Numbered from the whole stretch's first letter, positions 36,738 to 50,151 are shown. The stretch is 63,865 nucleotides of DNA, filler included, from Vicugna vicugna (GCA_013265495.1; 83 parts of 78 records of this genome joined end to end with filler, not necessarily neighbours in it), one strand, 5' to 3'. The notes: a model not told the origin generated them from the sequence alone. Made by a program: numbers and translations.

Positions 36738-37229
36738 NNNNNNNNNNNNNNNNNNNNNNNNNNNNNNNNNNNNNNNNNNNNTTAATTAATTAANNNNNNN
36801 NNNNNNNNNNNNNNNNNNNNNNNNNNNNNNNNNNNNNTATTTGAGCTGGTTTCTCACTGAACAATTTTTAGTGTTTTCTGGGGGCCCTCAGAGCCCCAAG
36901 GTTCCATGCAGCTGGGTGTCCCCTCAGTGCAGCTCTGTCAACGCTTGCCCTGGGCTGACGCGGTGTCACGGGGAGCAGGACTGTCACTGTCCCCGGCTCC
37001 TCCGAGGTCCGTCTCCTCATCCACAGAGCCGGGTTTCTCTTCCGTGTCTACTTAGTAGGGTTGCTGAGAATAGATGGTTGTCAGGTGTGATTTGTGGTTG
37101 TGTCTGTGATTGGCATATAGTCAATATTTGATAGAAACACTTGTTTTTTATTGTAATTGTGGGTCCTAGATTGCAGTGGTTTTAGTCTGCATTTTTTTAT
37201 ATCTTTACTCTTATTTTTAAATATGCACT

Positions 37230-37322
37230 TATTTTTATTTATTATTTTGGAGGTACTCGGGACTGAAGCCAGGACATTGTGCTTGCTAAGCAGGTGGACT
37301 TCAACTGAGCAACACCCGCCCT
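37230..37322 (-). mobile_element. tRNA-derived SINE (vic-1-like)
   Basis: GGAGGTACTCGGGACTGAAGCCAGGACATTGTGCTTGCTAAGCAGG..ACTGAGC preceded by a T-rich tail. Confidence 0.8.
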
Positions 37323-38223
37323 CCTTCTTTGCACTTAAAAATAAATATTGCAATAAACAAAATAGCTCTTAAANNNNNNNNNNNNNNNNNNNNNNNNNNN
37401 NNNNNNNNNNNNNNNNNTTAATTAATTAANNNNNNNNNNNNNNNNNNNNNNNNNNNNNNNNNNNNNNNNNNNNTCCACACGTCCCAAGGGTCATTTCCAA
37501 GCCCTTGAGACCAAAATGTACCAAGCCCAGGTAGGCCTTTTCCCAGGATGGGGCCTAGCAATCAAGAACTTGCCCTTCCCTCCCCCCTACTCAGGCATCC
37601 ATTTGAAGGATCAGAACCTGAGCTGAAATGAAGCCAGTACGAGAATGGCAAGCCCCTCCTAGAATCAGAGTTCCTCCAGCTTCACACTCTGTGAACAACA
37701 GTGAACTCCTTAAAGTTCAAAAAGCCTCAGCTGAAATAGATAGGAATTGAATACTTACCTCCCACAAAGAAACGATGGCCTTCCGCTAGATTCCGCAAAT
37801 GCTGGGTTTATGTCTTCCCTGGGGTGAAGGGAGTGTGGTAAGTGAGGGGAATCTTTGACTGAACTTGAATCTGTATTAGGCCTCAGTTTTTCAAGAATGT
37901 TTTCAACAATGTAAATATTAGAATCAGAATGTGAAATGTACTGTAAAAGCCGCCAATGAAATTAAACACACAGCTTATGTGGATCGTCTTTCACTTGAGT
38001 CAAGCCCCCGGGGGCACTATATCATGCGGGTGCAGACTTGGTTGCGTTAAATGGCTTTACCCAACATGATCAAAAGCTTTCTCATCACTGATAGAAATAC
38101 ACCTGGTTCTCCATAGACTAGCANNNNNNNNNNNNNNNNNNNNNNNNNNNNNNNNNNNNNNNNNNNNTTAATTAATTAANNNNNNNNNNNNNNNNNNNNN
38201 NNNNNNNNNNNNNNNNNNNNNNN

Positions 38224-39197
38224 TTTCTGGGTTCTATATTCTCTATTCTCCATTCTATATTCTGTGTTGTACATTCTACATTCTAAATTCTATATTCAGT
38301 ATTCTATATTCTATATTCTAAATTCTGTGCTCTACATTGTATATACATTTTCTATATTCAGAATTCGGTATTCTATATTCTATATTCTGTGTTCTGCATT
38401 CCATGTTCTCAATTCTGGGTTTTGTATTCTGTTTTCCGTATTCTATATTCTGTGTTCTACATTCTATATTCTCTATACTTTATTCAGCATTCCGTATTCT
38501 ATATTCTGGGTTCTACATTGTATATTCTAAATTCTATATTCAGTATTCTGTATTCTATATTCTAAATTCTGTGCTCTACATTGTATATACATTTTCTATA
38601 TTCAGAATTCGGTATTCTATATTCTATATTCTGTGTTCTGCATTCCATGTTCTGAATTCTGGGTTTTGTTTTCTGTTTTCCTTATTCTATATCCTGAGTT
38701 CTACATTCTATATTCTAAATTATGTATTCAGTATTCTCTATTCTATATTCTAAATTCTGTGTTCTGCATTCCATGTTCTGAATTCTGGGTTTTGTTTTCT
38801 GTTTTCCTTATTCTATATCCTGAGTTCTACATTCTATATTCTAAATTATGTATTCAGTATTCTCTATTCTATATTCTAAATTCTGTGTTCTTCATTCCAT
38901 ATTCTAAATTCTGGGTTCTCTATTCTCTATTCTCTTTTCTATATTTTGTGTCCTACATTCTATATTCTAAATTCTATATTAAGTATTCCGTATGCTATAT
39001 TCAATTCTGTGTTATGCATTCCATGTTCTAAACTCTGGGTTCTCTAATCTATATTCTATATTCTTTATTCTGTGTTCTACATTCTATATTCTAAAAATAC
39101 CATGTTCTCAATTCCTGGTTTTGTATTCTGTTTTACATATTCTATATTCTGCTTCTACATTCTATATTCTGTATTCTATATTTTGTATTCCGTATTC
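38224..39197 (-). repeat. SatE heptamer satellite with 244-bp and 126-bp sub-periods
   Basis: CAGAATTCGG at 38359 and 38603. GTTCTGCATTCCATGTTCTG at 38635 and 38761. Confidence 0.92.
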
Positions 39198-39297
39198 NNN
39201 NNNNNNNNNNNNNNNNNNNNNNNNNNNNNNNNNNNNNNNNNTTAATTAATTAANNNNNNNNNNNNNNNNNNNNNNNNNNNNNNNNNNNNNNNNNNNN

Positions 39298-40251
39298 ACT
39301 GGGATATCCTGCAAACCCCCGTAGCATTCCCTGGCACAGACAAATGAGGAAAACCCTCAGGGGAGATAAGCTTTGGCATTCAGTTAGAACCCACGCGCTG
39401 CCGACCGTTGGTGGACCCTCCCCACGCTCAGGATTCCGGAACAATTTTCAGTGCGTGGGGGAGCTCGAGAGACAACTCCACGCATGTGTCTTCATTCACA
39501 GGATTTCCCTGTACGGGGAAGTCCGGGAAATACCTTCCCTGACCTTGGGGATGCAGCGTATGTCACTGGGATATCCTGCAAACCCCCCTACCATTCCCTG
39601 GCACAGACACATTAGGAAAATACTCAAGGGAGACGAGCTTAGGCATTCCGTTAGAACCCACGCGCTGCCGACCGTTGGTGGAACCTCCCCACGCTCAGGA
39701 TTCCGGAAACATTGTCAGTGCGTGGGGGAGCTCGAGAGACAACTCNNNNNNNNNNNNNNNNNNNNNNNNNNNNNNNNNNNNNNNNNNNNNNNNNNNNNNN
39801 NNNNNNNNNNNNNNNNNNNNNNNNNNNNNNNNNNNNNNNNNNNNNNNNNNNNATTCCCTGGCGACATTAGGAAAACCCTCCGGGGAGACGAGCTTAGGCT
39901 TTCCGTTAGAACCCATGCGCTGCCGAACGTTGGTGGAACCTCCCCACGGTCAGGATTCCGGAACCATTGTCATGTCAGNNNNNNNNNNNNNNNNNNNNNN
40001 NNNNNNNNNNNNNNNNNNNNNNTTAATTAATTAANNNNNNNNNNNNNNNNNNNNNNNNNNNNNNNNNNNNNNNNNNNNCTTCCCTGACATTGGGGAGGCA
40101 GCCTCTGACACTGGGATATCCTGCAATCACCCCTAGCATTCCCTGGCACAGAGACATTTGGAAAATACTCAGGGGATACGAGTTTAGGCATTCCGTTGGA
40201 ACCCAATAGCTGCCGACCGTTGGTGGAACCTCCCCACGCTCAGGATTCCGG
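39298..40251 (+). repeat. SatA satellite (fragments 39298-39978 and 40079-40251)
   Basis: GGGATATCCTGCAAA at 39301 and 39568 (267 bp apart). Confidence 0.94.
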
Positions 40252-40351
40252 NNNNNNNNNNNNNNNNNNNNNNNNNNNNNNNNNNNNNNNNNNNNTTAAT
40301 TAATTAANNNNNNNNNNNNNNNNNNNNNNNNNNNNNNNNNNNNNNNNNNNN

Positions 40352-41130
40352 AAAAATGGATGAAAAAATTTGATGTATATATGCAATGGAATCAATCCTT
40401 TTCTTTGTTTATTTCTTTTCTTTTTCATGAGAGCTTTCTGACAAGTGTGAGGACTTGTCTCATTTTTGGTTTATGACTTTCCTAATAATTTATAACTCTG
40501 AACACATTTTCATGTGTCATATAGCCAACTGTATGTTTTCTACAGAAAATTAATTCAGATCTACCTATTCAGNNNNNNNNNNNNNNNNNNNNNNNNNNNN
40601 NNNNNNNNNNNNNNNNNNNNNNNNNNNNNNNNNNNNNNNNNNNNNNNNNNNNNNNNNNNNNNNNNNNNNNNNNNNNNNCACTTGGAAATCTACCATTGTG
40701 TTGGTTGACTGTTCATTTTATTGATCATTTCTTCTGCAGAGTAAATCTGTTTATTGTGACACAATCATATTTTCTTAGTTTTACTGCTGCTTCCCATGCC
40801 AGAGGAAACATTTGCAGAATCAAATTAAGTCCAATATCAGAGTTTACTTCTTATATTTTACCCTAGGATTCTCTAATTTCCGGTTTTATGTTTTATATGC
40901 CCAGGAGTGGGATTGCTGTGTCATATGATAAGTCTATTTTTATTATTTAAAGGAACTTCCATACTGTTTCCAAAGTTGTTTCACCAAATTTGATTCCCAC
41001 AAAAGTGTTGGAGAGTCCCTTTTTCTCCACAATCTTCCCAGTTTTTATTATTTTTAGACATTTGGATGACAGCCCTTCTCACTACTGTGAGGTAAATCAT
41101 TATTTTATTTTTGTCTTGCCTTTGTATAAT
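40352..41130 (-). mobile_element. Old LINE-1 fragments, rearranged
   Basis: ATATGCCCAGGAGTGGGATTGCTG, GGAACTTCCATACTGTTTCCA, CCCTTTTTCTCCACA. Confidence 0.8.
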
Positions 41131-41230
41131 NNNNNNNNNNNNNNNNNNNNNNNNNNNNNNNNNNNNNNNNNNNNTTAATTAATTAANNNNNNNNNNNNNN
41201 NNNNNNNNNNNNNNNNNNNNNNNNNNNNNN

Positions 41231-41647
41231 ATTCTGTATTCTATATTCTTAATTATGTGTTGTGCATTCCATGTTTTCAATTGTTTATTTTGTATTCTGT
41301 TTTCCATATTCTATATTCTGTGTTCTACATTCTATGTTCTGTATTCTATACTCTGCATTCCGTATTCTATATTCTATATTCTGTGATCTACATTCTATAT
41401 TCTAAATTGTATATTCAGTATTCCGTATTCTATATTCTATACTCTGTGTTCTATATTCTATATTCTAAAATTATATTCAGTATTCTGTGTTCTATATTCT
41501 AAATTCTGTGCTCTGCATTCCATGTTCTATATCCTGGGTTCTCTATTCTATATTCTATATTCTATATAACTGTGTTCTTCATTCTATATTCTAAATACTC
41601 TTTTCAGTTTTCTTCATTCTATATTCTAAATTCTGTGTTGTGCATTA
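41231..41647 (-). repeat. SatE heptamer satellite
   Basis: ATATTCT register. Confidence 0.92.
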
Positions 41648-42903
41648 NNNNNNNNNNNNNNNNNNNNNNNNNNNNNNNNNNNNNNNNNNNNTTAATTAAT
41701 TAANNNNNNNNNNNNNNNNNNNNNNNNNNNNNNNNNNNNNNNNNNNNGGTCAGTGGGTAAAAGCGAACAGATTGAAGGCATATTTCGATGGTAAAAAGGA
41801 AAGGATGAATGCTGTCTGTGAAGGTAATGTGGAGTAAGGCCCAGGTTTCTGGGTGGATTAATGAGGTAAATGATGGTCTTGCTGTGCTCTGAGGAGGGAA
41901 AGCTGCAGCGGGAGCTCTGGGGGAAATCTGATGATTTCAGCTGTGGGTAAAGTGAAAGGCTGTTAGATGTGTGGTCTTGGAGCTCAGGTGAGAGCCCGTA
42001 GTGAGTCGGGGGGGAGAGAGACTTTCAAATCATTTTGTCTTGTGAACATACAAATAAGGATGAGTAATGACACACTTAACCCATCTATATTCTGGATTTA
42101 AAACCCAGTAACAATTTGCTATATTGACTGCAGGAGTTCTTAATTTTTTAATAGAAACAAAATAGTGGAGTTAGTGAACATCTTAGAGTTGATGTGTGTC
42201 ATTGTATGTATTTTCATACTTCATCTGTTTATAAACATAATCTACAAAACGTTAACTTTCTTTGCATAAGANNNNNNNNNNNNNNNNNNNNNNNNNNNNN
42301 NNNNNNNNNNNNNNNNNNNNNNNNNNNNNNNNNNNNNNNNNNNNNNNNNNNNNNNNNNNNNNNNNNNNNNNNNNNNGGGCCCCTCATCACAGCTGATTTC
42401 CTAGACTAGATGTTGGGAGGGAGGCTGCTGAAGGGAGTAAGAGGTGGCAACTGCTAGGGATACTGAAGAGAGAGACAAAAACAGATTAAAGGAGAGAAAC
42501 TGAGTACAAATACCCTCAAAAGAGAAAGAATCCCGCAGTGTTTTGAGCCACTTAGCGTAAGGGAAACAAAATCACGTGGATCCAAAGCTCTTGAGCATGA
42601 GAGTATTGTGGGTGGGAGGGTGTCATCAGAAAAGGGTTGAGAAAAAGGCCTTTTGGTTTCCCATTACATTTCCAGTAAGGATGGTGCGCAGAAGCGAAAA
42701 CCACCTGCTTCACAGTAGATGGTGCTGTTTTGTGCGAAAATGACCAAAGGGTGGAGAGCAGTCATCAGCGGTGCTGGCAAATGAAGAGGCTTCTGGATTG
42801 GGTNNNNNNNNNNNNNNNNNNNNNNNNNNNNNNNNNNNNNNNNNNNNTTAATTAATTAANNNNNNNNNNNNNNNNNNNNNNNNNNNNNNNNNNNNNNNNN
42901 NNN

Positions 42904-44068
42904 TAGAATGCAGAACACAGTATATAGAATATGGAATACTGAATACTGTATATACAATTTAGAACATAGAATGCAGAACACAGAATTTACAATATAGAAT
43001 ACAGTATACTGAAAACAGCATGCAGAATATAGAATGTAGAACACAGATTATAGAATATAGAATACGGAATTCAGAATATAGAATATAGAACACAGAATAT
43101 AGAATATGGAAAACAGAATACAGAACCCAGAATTTAGCCCATAGAATGCAGAACACAGAATTAAGACTATAGAATACAGAATGCTGAATATAGAATTTAG
43201 AACATAGGATGCAGAACACAGAATATGGAATACAGAATACAGAACGCAGGCTTCAGAACATGGAATTCGAAAGACAGAATACATAATATAGAATAAAGGA
43301 ATAGAATGTTGTATATAGAATGTAGAACACAGAATATAGAATACAGAATGCAGTATGCAGAATTTAGAACAAGGAATTCAGAACAGAGAATTTAGAATAA
43401 AGAGTTCAGAATGCACAATATAGAACGTAGAATATAGAATGNNNNNNNNNNNNNNNNNNNNNNNNNNNNNNNNNNNNNNNNNNNNNNNNNNNNNNNNNNN
43501 NNNNNNNNNNNNNNNNNNNNNNNNNNNNNNNNNNNNNNNNNNNNNNNNNNNNNNNNNNNNNNNNNNNNNNNNNNNNNNNNNNNNNNNNNNNNNNNNNNNN
43601 NNNNNNNNNNNNNNNNNNNNNNNNNNNNNNNNNNNNNNNNNNNNNNNNNNNNNNNNNNNNNNNNNNNNNNNNNNNNNNNNNNNNNNNNNNNNNNNNNNNN
43701 NNNNNNNNNNNNNNNNNNNNNNNNNNNNNNNNNNNNNNNNNNNNNNNNNNNNNNNNNNNNNNNNNNNNNNNNNNNNNNNNNNNNNNNNNNNNNNNNNNNN
43801 NNNNNNNNNNNNNNNNNNNNNNNNNNNNNNNNNNNNNNNNNNNNNNNNNNNNNNNNNNNNNNNNCACAGAATTTAGAATATAGAATACAGATTACTGAAT
43901 ATAGAATTTAAAATATAGAATGTAGAACACAGAATTTAGAATATAGAATACTTAATACTGGATATAGAATATAGAATATAGAATGTAGAACACAGAATTT
44001 AGAATATACAACACAGAATACTAAATATTGTATTTAGAATATAGAATGTGGAACACAGAATATAGAAT
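42904..44068 (+). repeat. SatE heptamer satellite
   Basis: AGAATAT register. Confidence 0.92.
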
Positions 44069-44249
44069 NNNNNNNNNNNNNNNNNNNNNNNNNNNNNNNN
44101 NNNNNNNNNNNNTTAATTAATTAANNNNNNNNNNNNNNNNNNNNNNNNNNNNNNNNNNNNNNNNNNNNTTAAGAAATATCCAAGTTGTTACATTTTTAAA
44201 CATTGTTGAATATTTTTAAATTCACACTTTTAGAAGTTTCTTTTAAAAA

Positions 44250-44337
44250 CTTTTTTTGGGGGGGTAATTAGATGGGTTTTTTTCTCCTTTCTTTTAATGG
44301 AGGTACTGGGGATTGAACCCAGGATCTTGTGCAGGCT
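44250..44337 (-). mobile_element. tRNA-derived SINE (vic-1-like), 3' part
   Basis: TTTTAATGGAGGTACTGGGGATTGAACCCAGGA (B box, reverse). Confidence 0.82.
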
Positions 44338-45378
44338 NNNNNNNNNNNNNNNNNNNNNNNNNNNNNNNNNNNNNNNNNNNNTTAATTAATTAANNNNNNN
44401 NNNNNNNNNNNNNNNNNNNNNNNNNNNNNNNNNNNNNTTCTGTCTCGGCGATGGAGGGTTCTAAAAACTCGTGAAAACCTTCATTACATAAGTTCCTTAA
44501 AATGAAGATTAAGAAATAAAACCTTCCTTCTTCATCTTTCAAGCTGCAAGGCTAATTGTCAAGAAAATGAGGGGAAATCTTCAGAAGCCACGACAAACCA
44601 GAAAGTAGGGATTCTGGGAGAAGCCCTGGGGTTCTGGTTGGCTCCTGAACTGAGATTCAGTTGCCCTGGCAGGAGGGCAGTAGGTGAGCCCGAGGCCACT
44701 CACACTGGGTGTTGGATGGCTGTTCTTATGTAAGGCCAAGTACATCCTGAGAATCCTGCTTTACAAAAGGTTGAATTTGAAACATAAGAAAAAATACATT
44801 CCTCAAGGCAAGGAAATAAGGAAGGTCAATTTTTTTCGAAGAGGGGAAAAATAACATATACAAAGTAAGGATTTAGTTTAAAGCTGTTATGGCATGAGAG
44901 TGACCACAAACTCCTGGTAGAAAATCTCAGCTCCTCCCGGAAAGAGAAGTTGTGCTTTGAAGATTCAGTGGACAGCCATTCTGAAAATGGCCTCCAGAGT
45001 CTTCTATATCAAGATACTGGACCCACCATGGTCTCACTTATATAACCAGAAAGGTTTTAAAGGAAAGAAGCAATAATCATAGTTCTATTTATTGACATTA
45101 TTATATGCTAGGAATTCAGAGGTGACTATGGAGTTGTCTCCTCTTTTATGGACCTTACTTTCTATTTGACATAGTTGGGGAACTTGGTAGAGGGTGTTGT
45201 TGGTCTGTTGCAATTAGCCAGGAGAGGAGATTTAGAAAGCAGTGAAGGGTGGGTGATATTTTTAGCTGAGGACAGTCCNNNNNNNNNNNNNNNNNNNNNN
45301 NNNNNNNNNNNNNNNNNNNNNNTTAATTAATTAANNNNNNNNNNNNNNNNNNNNNNNNNNNNNNNNNNNNNNNNNNNN

Positions 45379-46250
45379 CACGCATTTTTCAAGGAGCACA
45401 GGTATTCCCATGTTGTGGGTTTTAGGTTAATAACCTCCAAATCCCATGGAGGGGCACTCGCTAATACTTGGATTTAGAGCCCAACCCACCCTTTCCCCAG
45501 CACTCCGTATCAGGCAACCTAACAGGGTAGACAAGTTAAGCGGTTTTATAAGAACCAAGGCCCTGCTCTCAGTTGGAGGAGGCTGCCCACTCTCAGGATA
45601 ACTGTGCAANNNNNNNNNNNNNNNNNNNNNNNNNNNNNNNNNNNNNNNNNNNNNNNNNNNNNNNNNNNNNNNNNNNNNNNNNNNNNNNNNNNNNNNNNNN
45701 NNNNNNNNNNNNNNNNNNNNNNNNNNNNNNNNNNNNNNNNNNNNNNNNNNNNNNNNNNNNNNNNNNNNNNNNNNNNNNNNNNNNNNNNNNNNNNNNNNNN
45801 NNNNNNNNNNNNNNNNNNNNNNNNNNNNNNNNNNNNNNNNNNNNNNNNNNNNNNNNNNNNNNNNNNNNNNNNNNNNNNNNNNNNNNNNNNNNNNNNNNNN
45901 NNNNNNNNNNNNNNNNNNNNNNNNNNNNNNNNNNNNNNNNNNNNNNNNNNNNNNNNNNNNNNNNNNNNNNNNNNNNNNNNNNNNNNNNNNNNNNNNNNNN
46001 NNNNNNNNNNNNNNNNNNNNNNNCTAAAGTAACACTCAGGGAACAGAATCTAAGGGATACTTATAGAACCCAGGTGCTGCTGTCAGTTTGAGGAACCTCT
46101 CCAAACTCATAATACGAGAACAATTCTTCGTGTGTGTGCTTGATGTAGGGAAACAGCCAAAGCATTTCTCTGGGGGCACCTTTATTACATGGTTGTGGGT
46201 TGAAAGTTAAAAACCCACATCCCATGGATAAGCTCTAGCTAATACTTGGT
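45379..46250 (+). repeat. SatB satellite
   Basis: 45379-45609 is near-identical to 8357-8579. The distal part is another monomer type. Confidence 0.87.
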
Positions 46251-46803
46251 NNNNNNNNNNNNNNNNNNNNNNNNNNNNNNNNNNNNNNNNNNNNTTAATT
46301 AATTAANNNNNNNNNNNNNNNNNNNNNNNNNNNNNNNNNNNNNNNNNNNNCCGGAGCCGGGCCCCTCCCCACCTATGCTCCTCTCTCTCCCGAGGGCCCG
46401 CTCCCAGGTCCCCAGGCTCCCTGATCTTCTGTCTTTCTCATCTACTCTACTCCCAGCCCTTTTCCTCTTCCTTTTTTCCCTGATTATCCCCAGCTGGAGT
46501 GATTTTTCCATCACAGTATCTGAANNNNNNNNNNAGCTGAAAAAGAGGTCTCCAGAGGGCAATGCCCATATGCTGGTACCTGAAGAGAGCCCCTGGCTAG
46601 GGGGACCCTCACCAACACTCATCGGGCATCAGACATGTTGCAGGGTAGGCCACCCCCAAGAAGAGTTTGCTGTGACCCCAAGGCACGCACAGAATCCCTG
46701 CTCATAAAACTGTAGTTGGCCCACATATCCGTAATTAAGTAACAAAAACAAAAAAATTGCTCATGTTTCTTACTAAAATTATTTATGAAGTGGAAAAAGA
46801 AGT

Positions 46804-47116
46804 TGTAATACAAAAGAACAAATTTGACTCCATGTTAGATATGTTCGTTTGGCTTTAGACCTGTACCCTGTTTTCTAGTCTNNNNNNNNNNNNNNNNNNN
46901 NNNNNNNNNNNNNNNNNNNNNNNNNNNNNNNNNNNNNGATAGTTGCCCCTGAAATATCCAGGACAGCCTATTCTCCGGGCTCTGATCTTTAAGGATGTTA
47001 GCTCTTCTACACTTACGTAGAGATGAAAAGTTGCAAAATAGAGAATAACCTATTTTTTTTTTTAGAGGTAATACGGGGACACCATGATTTGACCCACATG
47101 GACAGCTGCAAGATCA
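46804..47116 (+). mobile_element. Possible ERV LTR 5' portion
   Basis: Begins TGTAATACAAAAGAACAAATTTGACTCCATGTTAGA, an LTR-like start. Family not identified. Confidence 0.4.
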
Positions 47117-47216
47117 NNNNNNNNNNNNNNNNNNNNNNNNNNNNNNNNNNNNNNNNNNNNTTAATTAATTAANNNNNNNNNNNNNNNNNNNNNNNNNNNN
47201 NNNNNNNNNNNNNNNN

Positions 47217-48345
47217 AATTCCAACAACATGGCCATCCCGGGTTCCTTACATGCTACATGTGTGACGGATTCAGCAATCATGCGTTTCTGAATTGTGAGC
47301 ATGTGGATTACTGACCTTTCATCCACCGAAATAGGCGTATATAGACTTAGAAATATTTACTGTGACTTCATAGGTTTTTCCTATCTCCAGGTTCGAAAAT
47401 CAGACATTTGGCACCAGAAAACACTCTTTGAGCGAATTCTCACCAATACAAATGTAAATTACATTGTTTACATAACCGTGGCATTCCGTACTACGAACAT
47501 GTTTCATGCATCATGGATTCCTCAAACATGAATTTCTCAGTTGTGAACATGCGTATGACTGATGTTTCAACCACCAAACAAGATACCTAAGCAGTATGAA
47601 ATATTTACTTTGACTTCANNNNNNNNNNNNNNNNNNNNNNNNNNNNNNNNNATCACATTTTCAGAAAAACCCTCTTGGGGCGAATTCTACCCTAAAGATA
47701 TATAATTTGAAAAGATTCCATCTAGATGATATTCCGTGTTCCGTACATGCTACATACNNNNNNNNNNNNNNNNNNNNNNNNNNNNNNNNNNNNNNNNNNN
47801 NTTAATTAATTAANNNNNNNNNNNNNNNNNNNNNNNNNNNNNNNNNNNNNNNNNNNNGTGCGCATGACTGATATTTCAACTACCAAAAAATTTACCTATA
47901 AGATTGATATATTTATTTTGTCTTCGTATCTCCGTCCTATCACCAGTTTCAAGAATGAAATTTTGATCCCAGAAAAACTCTCTTGGAGCATATTTTACCC
48001 TAGAGATATGTAATTTCAGTAGATTCCATATACATGGAATTCCATGTTCCTTTTATTCTACATGCGTGACGTATTCGACAAACATGCATTCCTGAGTTGA
48101 GAGCATGTGAATCACTGATCTTTCATTCTCTATAAAAGGAATGTTTTCATCTAGACACGTGTACTCATTTTCACAAGCTTTACCAACAACCAGTTTCGAA
48201 TTCATGCATTTTTCACAGAAAAATTCATATGGAGCGATTTCCCTTAACAGATATGTAATTTACATGAATTCCATCAACATGGCATTCTGGGTTCCGTACA
48301 TGCTACATGCAAGACGGATTCAGAAAACATGCGTTTCTGAGTTGT
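47217..48345 (+). repeat. SatD satellite (fragments 47217-47757 and 47858-48345)
   Basis: Anchors at 47293/47541 (248 bp) and 48097/48342 (245 bp). Confidence 0.9.
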
Positions 48346-48445
48346 NNNNNNNNNNNNNNNNNNNNNNNNNNNNNNNNNNNNNNNNNNNNTTAATTAATTA
48401 ANNNNNNNNNNNNNNNNNNNNNNNNNNNNNNNNNNNNNNNNNNNN

Positions 48446-48838
48446 AGCTAAAGGATATTATTAGAACCCAGGCGCTGCTGTCACTTGAAAATGCGGGCCC
48501 ACACTCAGGACACCTGAGCACGTCTTTGTGTGTGTGTTGGAAGTGGGGAAACAGAGTCCATGCATCTTTATGCGGGCACAGTTATTCCTAGGTAGATGAT
48601 GTATTTTAAACACCTTCACTGCCCATAGAGAGGCACTGGATATTACTTGGCTTTACAGCCCAACCCCCACCTTCGCTCAAAGCCCNNNNNNNNNNNNNNN
48701 NNNNNNNNNNNNNNNNNNNNNNNNNNNNNTTAATTAATTAANNNNNNNNNNNNNNNNNNNNNNNNNNNNNNNNNNNNNNNNNNNNAAGAACAGTTCTTCA
48801 TGTGTGTGCTGGAGGTGGGGAAAGAGACTCCACGCATT
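48446..48838 (+). repeat. SatB satellite (fragments 48446-48685 and 48786-48838)
   Basis: ATTAGAACCCAGG, CACACTCAGGA and GTGGGGAAA..GAGTCCA motifs. Confidence 0.82.
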
Positions 48839-48938
48839 NNNNNNNNNNNNNNNNNNNNNNNNNNNNNNNNNNNNNNNNNNNNTTAATTAATTAANNNNNN
48901 NNNNNNNNNNNNNNNNNNNNNNNNNNNNNNNNNNNNNN

Positions 48939-49408
48939 GAGAGATGTTCGTTCATCCAGCACAATGGGAACGGGTTGCAGGAGGAATCCTTACTATGATT
49001 TCTCAGCCTGTTTCCTAGTGCCGGTTTGAAGTGCCTGCCGTTTTCACTGTAAAACCGAGTTGGAGCTTGTACCTCCCCATATATATGTATGGAGTGGAGT
49101 TTGCAACTGAAAAGAAACTTTGNNNNNNNNNNNNNNNNNNNNNNNNNNNNNNNNNNNNNNNNNNNNNNNNNNNNNNNNNNNNNNNNNNNNNNNNNNNNNN
49201 NNNNNNNNNNNNNNNNNNNNNNNNNNNNNNNNNNNNNNNNNNNNNNNNNNNNNNNNNNNNNNNNNNNNNNNNNNNNNNNNNNNNNNNNNNNNNNNNNNNN
49301 NNNNNNNNNNNNNNNNNNNNNNNNNNNNNNNNTATATATATATGGAGTGGTGTTTGAAACTGAAAAGAATCTTTTTATTCCCTTCAAGCTATGTGAAGGA
49401 CGGCTTTC
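48939..49408 (+). repeat. SatC satellite
   Basis: GTTCGTTCATCCAGCAC, GTAAAACCGAGTTGGAGC. Confidence 0.92.
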
Positions 49409-49750
49409 NNNNNNNNNNNNNNNNNNNNNNNNNNNNNNNNNNNNNNNNNNNNTTAATTAATTAANNNNNNNNNNNNNNNNNNNNNNNNNNNNNNNNNNNN
49501 NNNNNNNNGGGGGCCAGATGCACAGGCAAGACCAGCCTGAGCACGGAGGTTTTAGGAAGCCAGAAGGCATACAGTCGCCTGAGCAGCCTTGTTCCTGCCA
49601 GAATGGAGGGAAAAGGTGCGGAAAAGTCAGGCTAGGTTCAGACCCTGTGGTGGGTTATGAGTGACAGGAAAGGACTGCTCAGGCAGGCATGAGAGAAACC
49701 TGTGGGCCTCCCAGCCGGGGCTTCACGCTGGAGGGAAGAGCAGAGTTATA

Positions 49751-49845
49751 GACTTTGCCACTTATTAGCTGTGTGAGTTTGAGCAATATCACCCCACCTC
49801 TCTAATCTGTAAAGTGACAGAGTGACAAGCTCGTGTCATCAGAAG
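49751..49845 (+). mobile_element. MIR fragment
   Basis: TTTGCCACTTATTAGCTGTGTGAGTTTGAGCAA..ATCTGTAAAGTG. Confidence 0.7.
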
Positions 49846-50151
49846 GCTTAGTTTAGCTCTGATCCTTTTGTCCAGTCCTGCCAGTGCTTCCCTGCAAGGT
49901 TCTGCTGCGGCTGCTCTTACCCTGAGATGGTAGGGCGTAGAGGGACATTGTAGCACCCGAGGGCAGGAGGGGGGTACTTTAAAAATAGACATGTAACCGC
50001 CTGCACCTGCAGACCTGCAGTCAGTTTTGTTGACGGTCGTGGTGAGGACTTNNNNNNNNNNNNNNNNNNNNNNNNNNNNNNNNNNNNNNNNNNNNTTAAT
50101 TAATTAANNNNNNNNNNNNNNNNNNNNNNNNNNNNNNNNNNNNNNNNNNNN

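Noticed and set aside
38264..39249. Hydrophobic YSIFYIL-repeat ORFs (also near 2.0-2.8, 9.2-10.4, 31-32, 41-43 and 55 kb)
   Set aside because: Translations of the (ATATTCT)n strand of SatE, which is intrinsically poor in stop codons.
39344..40030. Recurrent peptide family (GELERQLHAALFSHRCSL..., VRTHALPTVGGTSPRSGF)
   Set aside because: Translations of SatA. The 267-bp unit is a multiple of 3 and GC-rich, and stops and frameshifts vary freely among copies.
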